A stretch of DNA of 42,140 bases from a virus (lineage: Duplodnaviria > Caudoviricetes). Each line of letters starts with the position of its first letter. Position 1 is the first letter of the stretch. Shown one piece after another: positions 34,569-42,140 of the stretch. The stretch spans positions 1 to 42,140 of the IMG/VR virus record IMGVR_UViG_3300032320_000178, one strand, 5' to 3'. The translations under genes and the position numbers were made by a program. The notes beneath the pieces were generated by a model. It saw only the letters and a list, made by a program, of their open reading frames with translations, did not search any database and was not told the DNA's origin.

Positions 34569-35342
34569 TTAGTCCGGGTTCTTGATGAGAACTAACTCAA
34601 AGAAACCAGCGGCTTCATTGTTATCCGCACCACCAATTGCTTCGCCTTGAATGCGAGTCTTCTCAGCAATTGCAATAGGATATGGAAAATCAATGGTTGA
34701 AATGCCGTTGTTGGTTACGATGACTGGGCCGGTCAATGCAATTCCGTTTGTGCCAACAAAGCGTGTCCTGGCGGTAATTAAAGTGGTTCCAGCATCTTGC
34801 GCCAAGCCAATTCGAGCCACAGCCAAATAACCTGTATAGCCAGCAGGAATGGTGTACTGGCTTGAGGTTGCGTTGTTAAAACCAGCCGCAATCACGTTGT
34901 AGATGGTCGCTGGTACGCCAGAGGTAACAGTGCCTGTGCCAATGTAAATAACGCCCTCATTTGCCAAACTTGTACCTGCGGTTGTCACCAACATGGAGTT
35001 AACGCGCAAGAATGAATTTGTGGTTGTCACAGCCGTCTGACCATTCATGGTCACGGTCTCACTAATGACTGCGTAGTCTGCATCCAAACCGGTTATCAAT
35101 ACAGTTCTTGCCCCCGTTCCTGCTGATGTGTCGTCTGCGTCAGCAGAACTCACCTTCATTTGCAAAGCGGCGGCTGGGTAGGACAAGTTGCCAACAGGCG
35201 TAATCATTTCCCATGATTGGTCAACATCAGAGTTATAGCCAGCAATCGTTACGACAGAGTGCGCCTGAATTTGCCCACGCGCCACTTGCAACTCAAACGG
35301 CTCGTATTGACCTTGACGTGTTACTGAGGAATAAATTCCCAT
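34569..35342 (-). CDS. Virion structural protein (beta-rich)
   Basis: 257 aa, GTGARTV..GLD, YTIPAGYTGY; AGGAG RBS. Confidence 0.62.
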   Translation of the reverse strand: MGIYSSVTRQGQYEPFELQVARGQIQAHSVVTIAGYNSDVDQSWEMITPVGNLSYPAAALQMKVSSADADDTSAGTGARTVLITGLDADYAVISETVTMNGQTAVTTTNSFLRVNSMLVTTAGTSLANEGVIYIGTGTVTSGVPATIYNVIAAGFNNATSSQYTIPAGYTGYLAVARIGLAQDAGTTLITARTRFVGTNGIALTGPVIVTNNGISTIDFPYPIAIAEKTRIQGEAIGGADNNEAAGFFELVLIKNPD

Positions 35343-35361
35343 GATTCAGTCTCCTAAAGAC

Positions 35362-35377
35362 GGGGGCCGAAGCCCCC
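35362..35377 (-). terminator. GC-rich cUUCGg hairpin
   Basis: GGGGGC-TTCG-GCCCCC followed by GTCTTT, just after a stop codon. Confidence 0.6.
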
Positions 35378-35384
35378 TGGTTAA

Positions 35385-36620
35385 TTAGGCCTGAGTTACG
35401 CCAAGAGCGCCAACGCGGGTTGAGTTAGGTCCAACAGCGATTGCAGGCAGCAAGACGCCCATCACAGTGCGATTGATACCGTCAGACGCAGTGCCTGGAA
35501 CGTAGGTTCCACGAACGTCGCCTGTGGTAGTGGTAGCAGTGGCGGTAGCAGCTGCAACAAATGTGCCTGTGTCTTGGGCAAGCGTGCTGTTAGTTCGCAC
35601 GCTTGCAATGTACGCGACGTTGGTCACTCGCACTGGGATGCCGAGGATGTCAGTCGTACCGACAGTCAAGGCTGTTCCAGTTGCACCAGAGGTTGTGATG
35701 CCGCTGATCTGGTAGAAAGCTTTCTTGCCATTCACAGCAGTGCTAACCGCTGCGCTAGACGTGATTGCTTCGCTCATGGCTTGACCGTAGTAGTCGTAGC
35801 CTGACACGGTGATGGTGACAGGAGCCACGCCCAAGGTGTAAGTCAGACCTGTTGGTGTACCAGCGGTTGTTACTACTGCTGCACCTGCCGTAGTGGTCAG
35901 GGTAGCTGATGTAGCTGTCACGGCAGTCAAGATGTAAGTCGTTGGGTTTGTGTAGCCAGTGATTGTGCCTGTGCCACCCAAAGTACCAGAGATGGTCAAA
36001 CGCTGACCGGTAACTAAACCTGCTTGCGAAGCAAAAGTGATTTGACCACCAGTGCCTGCAATCACAACAGTAGACAAAGTTGCCACTGCTGCAGTAGAGG
36101 TTGTCACGCTGACTGCACGAGGCACATCAAGCTGGAGCACGGAGATAGCTGCTGCGTTGGTGGTAGACTTCACAGATGTACCGGCAGTCAAGGTCAAAGA
36201 ACCTGCGGCTGCTGGAGTTTGAGAAGCTGCAATGTTGTTTGCAACCAAGGCTTGGGGAATGGTGTCCCAAACAAAGATGCGACCCAAGGGGCCAACGCCA
36301 CGGTCCATTGGAGCAGGGTCACCAAGCAATGCGTTGCCGTTGGCAAACATGGTGGTGCTGCCGGCTGACTGGGAAGTGTTGACCGTGTAGGTGCCTGTGC
36401 CGCCGTTTCCGCTAACAAAAGCAGTGATGTACGTGCCGTTGGTCACGCCAGAACCATCAACGTATTGGCCAATGATCAAGGGGTCGCCTGACAGCATAGC
36501 CGTCACGGTGAGGGTGGTAGTGGTGATGCTACCAGTGAAAGTGGAACTGGCGTTGCGCAAGCCAGTGCCCATGAATGTTTGTGAGGAACCTAAAAAGAGG
36601 TCGTCTGAATATTGAGGCAT
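35385..36620 (-). CDS. T/A/G-rich virion structural protein (decoration-like)
   Basis: Real start MPQYSDDLF at 36620 with AGGAG RBS; the track's extension to 36731 crosses the terminator and the capsid gene. Confidence 0.7.
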   Translation of the reverse strand: MPQYSDDLFLGSSQTFMGTGLRNASSTFTGSITTTTLTVTAMLSGDPLIIGQYVDGSGVTNGTYITAFVSGNGGTGTYTVNTSQSAGSTTMFANGNALLGDPAPMDRGVGPLGRIFVWDTIPQALVANNIAASQTPAAAGSLTLTAGTSVKSTTNAAAISVLQLDVPRAVSVTTSTAAVATLSTVVIAGTGGQITFASQAGLVTGQRLTISGTLGGTGTITGYTNPTTYILTAVTATSATLTTTAGAAVVTTAGTPTGLTYTLGVAPVTITVSGYDYYGQAMSEAITSSAAVSTAVNGKKAFYQISGITTSGATGTALTVGTTDILGIPVRVTNVAYIASVRTNSTLAQDTGTFVAAATATATTTTGDVRGTYVPGTASDGINRTVMGVLLPAIAVGPNSTRVGALGVTQA

Positions 36621-36651
36621 GGTGTCTTCTCCTTGAAAAGCTTGACAAATT

Positions 36652-36686
36652 AAAAATGAAAAGAAGGGGACTTTCGCCCCCTTCTT
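36652..36686 (-). terminator. Rho-independent terminator after the major capsid gene
   Basis: AAGAAGGGGGC-GAAA-GTCCCCTTCTT followed by TTCATTTTT. Confidence 0.85.
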
Positions 36687-36688
36687 GT

Positions 36689-37603
36689 TTACAGACCGGC
36701 TGTACCGTAAATGGTACGTGGATCTGTCCAACCTGGAATATAACGCTCGGTTGCTTTGTAGCGCATAGAGTCGGTTTCGAAATCACCTTCCATGCTCTTC
36801 TCAAGCTTACGACGCATCATCAACTGCAAGCCGACCTTAGCGTCTGTCTGCACCCACCAAGCGGTAGTTGAAGTCAAACGTGACAAGTTAGCTTGGCCGC
36901 CGTCGATCATGCCCATCGAGTTGATTGGGTTGATGTCGTTGTTGCCAGTGCCTGCGCGCAGGACGGACTTCAACAACACTTCACCTTGGAACACGTTGCT
37001 TGGGCTCAACACCAACTTGGTAGGAGTCAAACGGATACGCTTACCATTGTTGTCAATGGCGTTGCGGATCTGAATGAGCATCTGCTCAAGAGATGTCTGC
37101 GACAAGTTAGCAGCTGTGGTCAACACGTTGCTGAATGTGCCTGAAGCGATAGGGTGTGCGGAGTTAACCAACGACACGCCGTCACCGCCTGCATACGCGC
37201 TGTTGAAGGCGCGGTTCAAGATGTTGGCACACAAAGTTTCTTTCGTCTCAATCAGGGACTGTGCCAAGTGCTTGGCGTAAGTCTGACCGATAGAGATGTG
37301 GTCGCCGTCTTCCACGAGGACCTTGGTCAAGGCAAAAGCCAAACCATAGACCTTGTAGACGTAACGTGCATTGAACAGGACGCCACCAGATTGGTAGGTC
37401 ACTGGCATGCCGTCAGGCAACTCAGGAGCCGCTCCGAAACCGTACAAGACGGGTTCTTCGTGGTAGTTACGTGGGATACCTTGACGCTCGGTGAAAACTT
37501 GTTTCCACTCGTCAGCGCGCTGGTTATACAAGCCATCAAACTCTTCGTTTAAGATGGGCTCAACGATGGACCGAAAGTCCGTACTGCGCATTGGGACAGC
37601 CAT
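36689..37603 (-). CDS. Major capsid protein (HK97 fold, Mu gpT-like)
   Basis: 304 aa; [50 protein letters not shown]; followed by a strong terminator. Confidence 0.88.
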   Translation of the reverse strand: MAVPMRSTDFRSIVEPILNEEFDGLYNQRADEWKQVFTERQGIPRNYHEEPVLYGFGAAPELPDGMPVTYQSGGVLFNARYVYKVYGLAFALTKVLVEDGDHISIGQTYAKHLAQSLIETKETLCANILNRAFNSAYAGGDGVSLVNSAHPIASGTFSNVLTTAANLSQTSLEQMLIQIRNAIDNNGKRIRLTPTKLVLSPSNVFQGEVLLKSVLRAGTGNNDINPINSMGMIDGGQANLSRLTSTTAWWVQTDAKVGLQLMMRRKLEKSMEGDFETDSMRYKATERYIPGWTDPRTIYGTAGL

Positions 37604-37614
37604 TTTTTAGCTCC

Positions 37615-38181
37615 TTAGTAAGCGTTGATGGTGGCAACGTCCTGATGCTCAGAGATCTGAACTTGGACAATCGTATAAGCGTCACCCCATGCGTTATCGG
37701 GACCGGGTGTGATACCGATCACGCGCATTTGGGCAACAGCGCCTGAAGTCACAATTGAGGCAGTGTCCAACACGCATGTGCTCAGACCAATGACGGTAGA
37801 ACCGGCAGTGATTGAACCAAAGTCGTATTGGTTGCCGATGTTGCTGATGTTCACAGGGCCATTGGCTTGGATCTGATAAACAATAGCTGGATCGCGCGTG
37901 ATATACGCGGTCACATCAGTTGCAGGGGTGTTCGCAAGGAACTTGTTGGATACACGACGGCGTCCATCGCCATCGGTGAATTCAACACCCATAAAAGTAC
38001 CGACGAAGGCACCGCCAACAGTTGCCGGAGTCACAACACCAGTGGACGTGTTAATCGCCACAGGTTGGTATTGCAACAAGGTAATTGCAGCGTTGTCCGC
38101 CAGCGTGAAGGCTGCCGGGCGCACGAAACCACTTGCGTGGTAAACGGGCTGGAAGCCAAACGGTGTGCTAGTAGTAGACAT
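37615..38181 (-). CDS. Capsid cement / decoration protein
   Basis: PFGFQPV start, GTFMGVEFTD, DPAIVYQIQ; immediately upstream of the capsid gene. Confidence 0.65.
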   Translation of the reverse strand: MSTTSTPFGFQPVYHASGFVRPAAFTLADNAAITLLQYQPVAINTSTGVVTPATVGGAFVGTFMGVEFTDGDGRRRVSNKFLANTPATDVTAYITRDPAIVYQIQANGPVNISNIGNQYDFGSITAGSTVIGLSTCVLDTASIVTSGAVAQMRVIGITPGPDNAWGDAYTIVQVQISEHQDVATINAY

Positions 38182-38216
38182 GTTTGCTTTTCCTCAAAAG
38201 AGAATTATTGGATTGG

Positions 38217-38750
38217 TCATAGCTCTTCAAATTTAGCTCGACCAGGATTTTCGCGCAATGCAGCGATACCATCACCCTCAATCACACGTCCGCCTGCAGC
38301 TGCTGCAGCTTCTTTAATGCCGTCCAAGATGGCTGTGAGCTTCTCATCTTCACGTGCAGGAGCGTCATGGTGAGCTTCTTGCATGAATCGTGAGTAGAGA
38401 GACATAGGCAGCTTGAATGCAAGCATCTCGTTGACACCAATAAACCCTTGCCATTCGCCTGTCTTAATGGTTACGTATTCCCAGCCAGGCACGTCTTCGG
38501 CTTTAATAGGTTGATAACCCAACCGGATCCGTTGTTGAATGGAGTCTCGGGGGTTAGTGGTGGTCAACCAACATGTGTGAAAGCCAGGGATCTTTGGTAG
38601 ATCTGGCAATGCGTCTTGGAAAAATTGAGATCTAAACATCTCAACACGATCTTCGTCGCTAATAGCACGGTCTTCAGTCACATTGCGGTCTGTGGCTCCA
38701 CGTGATTGGCGAACAAGATCAGGGGATTTTTTTAAGCGTTCATCAGTCAT
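38217..38750 (-). CDS. Conserved head-module hypothetical protein
   Basis: LPKIPGFHTCWL..RIRLGY..IGVNEMLAFKLP; ATG 38750 has a GAGG RBS. Confidence 0.7.
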   Translation of the reverse strand: MTDERLKKSPDLVRQSRGATDRNVTEDRAISDEDRVEMFRSQFFQDALPDLPKIPGFHTCWLTTTNPRDSIQQRIRLGYQPIKAEDVPGWEYVTIKTGEWQGFIGVNEMLAFKLPMSLYSRFMQEAHHDAPAREDEKLTAILDGIKEAAAAAGGRVIEGDGIAALRENPGRAKFEEL

Positions 38751-38764
38751 TTTCCTCACTCCTT

Positions 38765-39748
38765 TCAGCGAGTTGAATTGTTTTCACGGTCCCACTTCGC
38801 GTACTGTTTCAAGTAGCGTTGGCGCAGGACAGGGTCATCCCAAACTCCAGCATCAGTCATAGCTTGCTTTCGTTCGGGTGAGATGTATACTTCACGGCGG
38901 GTAGACTGCGGAGCCTGGTCCCTGCTGGAACCAACGGGCGGACCTCTACGCTGTCCGCGGCGATCGTCGTCTTGATGGTCATCATAGTTACCGCCTCCTT
39001 TAACGTCCGGCAATCGTTTGGCCACTCGCTTGTCCAGCTCGCGCCAATATGCCTCTGTTTTTGGATTATAGCCCGCTTCAACAAGAGACTGATCAATTGC
39101 TAACACGATCTTCGAGGCCTCGTCCTTAGCATTGGGGTCGTACCAGCTGTTCTTGGACACCCATTCTTGAGCAAAGCTTGCGACATCTGGGTCTGGACCT
39201 GCCTGCGGGGCAGGAGCCTGGGCTTGCTGATGCAGGTCCTGGGCAACCTGGTTTTGCTGGTGCTTGTGGACTTGTAGCTGATGCACCTTCTGCATGGCCT
39301 GGTCTCGGATCCGCATGGCTTTGGCGGCATCTTCACCGTTACCGGCTTCGATGGCTTTGGCCATAATTCTTTCGGCGGCCTTAACTTCTGCCATAGTGTC
39401 AGTGATACGGTCGTCAATGGTTGAGATCGTATTGCCTACAACTGACTTTTCGACTTCGAACATGCGCTTTTCAAGCGACTCGTTCCGCTGCCTCAGGAAG
39501 TTGAGCTCTGTTTTATCACGCTCAATTGCCTGTTTTCTACGCGCTGCGCGATCTGACTTCTCTTCGCGGCGTTTGCGACGGAGTTCCTCGCGGTCCTCAT
39601 TGTCTTCTGAGAGACGCGAGTCCTCTGGTTGGTCATCGTCTTCGTCATCGTCACCTTCTTTAGTGGTTACGGGGACAAACTCGACTTCCTGAGGCTTACC
39701 TCGTTTTTGGTCTTCATCATCTTCGATGATCATGTTTTCACCAGCCAT
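38765..39748 (-). CDS. Capsid scaffolding protein (probable)
   Basis: Acidic N-terminus, long coiled coil, WVSKNSWY, short C-terminal helical domain; lies between portal and capsid genes. Confidence 0.7.
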   Translation of the reverse strand: MAGENMIIEDDEDQKRGKPQEVEFVPVTTKEGDDDEDDDQPEDSRLSEDNEDREELRRKRREEKSDRAARRKQAIERDKTELNFLRQRNESLEKRMFEVEKSVVGNTISTIDDRITDTMAEVKAAERIMAKAIEAGNGEDAAKAMRIRDQAMQKVHQLQVHKHQQNQVAQDLHQQAQAPAPQAGPDPDVASFAQEWVSKNSWYDPNAKDEASKIVLAIDQSLVEAGYNPKTEAYWRELDKRVAKRLPDVKGGGNYDDHQDDDRRGQRRGPPVGSSRDQAPQSTRREVYISPERKQAMTDAGVWDDPVLRQRYLKQYAKWDRENNSTR

Positions 39749-39767
39749 TGCCTGCTCCTTTCAGCAG

Positions 39768-40187
39768 TTAGATAAACGCACGGATCGCAGTGGGATCTCC
39801 AGTAACCTTGGCAAGAATGTCTAGGTCATTGAACATCACAAATTCGATCTCCTCGTCACCGGACCTTACGGTCCAACGATCACCGCCGTATTTAGGTGCA
39901 CGGACGTAGGCACCAACTTCACACCAGGAGCCTTCAGGCCACGGTTCCATAGTGTTTCGGTTCTTGTAAGCCAATGTTCCGACCGCCACAACTTTGGCGA
40001 TCTGGGTATTGCTGGCTTCTGTCTTTCTTGCTTCTTCCGGGATGTAGATACCGCCAGCCGTTTGGTTCTTGGCTTTGCGGACTTGCACAATCACGCGTGA
40101 GCCCAAAGGCTCGTGACAGCAGTCTACTGTTGGGAAGGCCTCGTCCAATGAGGCGTAAGTAAAGGACATGGGGGTTTCAAGTAGCAT
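39768..40187 (-). CDS. groES: GroES-like co-chaperonin
   Basis: PLGSRVIVQ...TAGGIYIP..AKVVAVG..KYGG..NDLDILA. Confidence 0.88.
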   Translation of the reverse strand: MLLETPMSFTYASLDEAFPTVDCCHEPLGSRVIVQVRKAKNQTAGGIYIPEEARKTEASNTQIAKVVAVGTLAYKNRNTMEPWPEGSWCEVGAYVRAPKYGGDRWTVRSGDEEIEFVMFNDLDILAKVTGDPTAIRAFI

Positions 40188-40208
40188 TCGCTTCTCCGTA
40201 TGCTGGGG

Positions 40209-40409
40209 TTAAAGATCTCGTTGGTCGTTTTCAATATCACGATAGATCCGCTCAATCAACTGGACGGCGCGATCAAGGCCGGCGTAGACGCCTTGACGTT
40301 TACCGTATTCGAAGCTGATGTCTTTGCCTTCAGCTGGCTGCACTTTGATGGCTTCAACTGCCAGTGCCTGCTGCTCGGCTCGAATCGACGTGATGATTTT
40401 TGCTAACAC
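40209..40409 (-). CDS. Small hypothetical protein
   Basis: 66 aa helical, EYGKRQGVYAGL; abuts the upstream stop. Confidence 0.7.
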   Translation of the reverse strand: MLAKIITSIRAEQQALAVEAIKVQPAEGKDISFEYGKRQGVYAGLDRAVQLIERIYRDIENDQRDL

Positions 40410-40637
40410 TTATCGGCGTCCACCCATGACGGTAGAGATCTTGTCAGGACCTGTACCGCGTTGGCTGTTTGTGCCGCCATTGCCTTCGCCTTGGACCTTT
40501 TCGGTCTTCATCTTGGCCATGGTCTTGTAGTTTGCGTCTGGCATGCCAGGCGTTGGTGAAGGATCGCTAGCGATCTTCTTGGCTTTTGGGTAACCTTTAC
40601 CCATGGCCATCTGCTTGTGTAGGCTGATTGCTACCAT
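40410..40637 (-). CDS. Small basic hypothetical protein
   Basis: 75 aa, AAGGAG RBS directly after the portal stop. Confidence 0.68.
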   Translation of the reverse strand: MVAISLHKQMAMGKGYPKAKKIASDPSPTPGMPDANYKTMAKMKTEKVQGEGNGGTNSQRGTGPDKISTVMGGRR

Positions 40638-40646
40638 GATTGCTCC

Positions 40647-42140
40647 TTAACGTGGATTAGGGTTGATACCAGTGCCGGTTGAGACACCGATTCTTTCGCC
40701 AGTTGCTACCTCGAGGGCAGCAAGCTGTTTGGCTGTTTGGTTGTCGGACTCGTTCATCTCGAGGCGAGCGCGGATCTGGGCTTGTGTGCGTTGGTCCTCG
40801 GCCTCTTGACGCAGCTGCTCGATCTGAAGCTGCATCTGCAAGGTCTCGATGCGAGACTGGATCTCGGCCTGCTTGTCCATGCTGCGTTGCTGCATATCGG
40901 CTTGTTTGAGCTGGGCATCTTGAGCCAGTTTGGCTTGTTGAGTTTGCGCTGTTGCCTGGTCCTTGGCCTGCTGGTTCTGCAACTGCTGCTGAGCGATCTG
41001 GACAGACGGATCCTGTGGAGGTGGCGGCTGCATCTGCTGCAACATCTGAATGGCTTGATCGATGATCTGTGGGATCTGGCCGAAAGCTTCTTGGCTCTGC
41101 TTGGTAACCATCTGGCTTGTTGTGGCCAGCAGCTTGTCAAGCGATTGCTTCTCTTCGGTTGTGGCGTCCTTCTGGATCTCGCCAATGTCGACTTGTGCGG
41201 CAGCCGATGCTTCGTTGTACACCTGAGTCGCGTACCAGAGGACCATGTGCTCTTTGATGTGGTCAAGCATCATGGGAATGAATGCAGGGCCAATGGCCTT
41301 GTTGTTGCCGAACATCGGGTTAGTCAGGAAGTCCAAGTGGACTTGCAGGTGAGCCAAGTGATCTTGCTCAGGGAACGCCACAACAGGACGACGCATCGTC
41401 ATCGCAATGTTCTCGTTGACCGCATTCAGCTCCAATGGCTTCGGTGCAGGCAGCAGCAGGTCCTTGCCTTGAGGAACCTTCAGGCGCTCAAGGAACATGA
41501 CCTCAACCTTGCGAAGATCGTACAGCTGAGGCATCTCCTTGGCTCGCTGCATGACGGCCTGCACTTGAGCAAAGCGTTGGGCTTCACTGAAGATGTTGGG
41601 GTCACTGACTGGCACGACATTCATCGGGCCTTCAAAGTCACTGCGCTTGACAAGCAGTTCGCCTGTCTCATCAAACACTTCTTCCTCGGTCAAGTAGGTC
41701 TTGTTCAGGCGGAACAACAGCTTCAGCACACGGCCCATGGAGTCATGCAGACGCGCATGAATCGCTGAGAACACAACCATGCCTTGCTCGATGCGGGCTA
41801 GGGTGGTTCCGACTGGTGTATTGGCGTTTGTGTCGGCCAGTTCTTCGAATGTCGTGCGGACAACGTTTTGGCTGGCATCGACCAAGAAGCCAAGCAACTG
41901 GAACAAGACTGCGCTTGGTGGGTTGTAAGGCATTGGCATAAGCATCTTGCGGATGTCATCTTGGCCAAACGAACCTTCGATCTCTTTTACTTCGGTTGGA
42001 TCAACGCGGTCTGTCTGACCGCCTGTTCCTGACTTAAGCTTCAGCAAACCAGGGAAGTTGTTGATGTGGGCAGAGTCTAACAAAGCGCGCAAAGCACCTG
42101 TTGCAGCGGCACTTAGACCGCCAATCATGTGCGTCAGGCC
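40647..42140 (-). CDS. Portal protein (5'-truncated)
   Basis: ALRALLDSA..NFPG, PVGTTLA.IEQG..VFSAIHARLH, PVSDPNIFS, QDHLAH and a Q-rich barrel-like tail; frame open to the window edge. Confidence 0.85.
   Translation of the reverse strand, partial: GLTHMIGGLSAAATGALRALLDSAHINNFPGLLKLKSGTGGQTDRVDPTEVKEIEGSFGQDDIRKMLMPMPYNPPSAVLFQLLGFLVDASQNVVRTTFEELADTNANTPVGTTLARIEQGMVVFSAIHARLHDSMGRVLKLLFRLNKTYLTEEEVFDETGELLVKRSDFEGPMNVVPVSDPNIFSEAQRFAQVQAVMQRAKEMPQLYDLRKVEVMFLERLKVPQGKDLLLPAPKPLELNAVNENIAMTMRRPVVAFPEQDHLAHLQVHLDFLTNPMFGNNKAIGPAFIPMMLDHIKEHMVLWYATQVYNEASAAAQVDIGEIQKDATTEEKQSLDKLLATTSQMVTKQSQEAFGQIPQIIDQAIQMLQQMQPPPPQDPSVQIAQQQLQNQQAKDQATAQTQQAKLAQDAQLKQADMQQRSMDKQAEIQSRIETLQMQLQIEQLRQEAEDQRTQAQIRARLEMNESDNQTAKQLAALEVATGERIGVSTGTGINPNPR

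Larger units (their letters stand above)
1..42140 (-). mobile_element. Tailed bacteriophage genome segment (podovirus-like)
   Basis: Co-oriented, tightly packed portal, scaffold, capsid, adaptor, fibre, lysis, ejection-type and DNA-metabolism genes. No sheath, tail tube or classic tape-measure gene, no integrase and no host housekeeping block recognised. Confidence 0.95.

Noticed and set aside
36621-36731. N-terminal extension of the 35385 ORF
   Set aside because: Crosses the capsid terminator; the RBS supports ATG 36620.
40737-41768. Long plus-strand ORFs (also 4607-5404, 12535-13305, 37828-38373, 1991-2566)
   Set aside because: They mirror well-supported minus-strand genes, with no RBS or motifs; expected from codon bias.
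1-42140. tRNA, rRNA, integrase, terminase, virion RNA polymerase
   Set aside because: None recognised by eye and intergenic gaps are mostly too short; terminase probably lies beyond the right edge.

Overview
A 42 kb slice of a tailed dsDNA phage genome (podovirus-like, Caudoviricetes; the host cannot be determined from sequence). Every credible gene is on the minus strand, and the long plus-strand ORFs are antisense shadows. In transcription order (right to left): portal (5'-truncated), two small ORFs, GroES-like co-chaperonin, scaffold, head proteins and major capsid protein, accessory structural and small basic proteins, adaptor/neck, two tail fibres with small chaperone-like genes, a lysis cassette (membrane proteins, 3TM holin, M15 peptidase endolysin), a second adaptor and tail/nozzle proteins. 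Next come a translationally coupled acyl carrier protein + beta-ketoacyl synthase + possible GNAT-like gene, then four internal/ejection-type proteins (670, 522, 1119 and 2103 aa). A ~300 bp non-coding gap with a long inverted repeat separates these from a DNA-metabolism block: DUF932, SAM methyltransferase, MazG-like pyrophosphatase, dNMP kinase fused to a UDG-like domain, a thymidylate-synthase homologue with the dCMP-type Asp, dCMP deaminase and a family A DNA polymerase (3'-truncated, missed by the ORF track). The three strongest leads are (1) the ACP/ketosynthase cassette inside the virion module, a possible virion-protein lipidation system; (2) a probable cytosine-modification pathway; and (3) a [YFM]-A-x-G-G motif repeated about 17 times across six putative head-internal proteins. 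All family assignments come from motifs recognised by eye; no database search was run.
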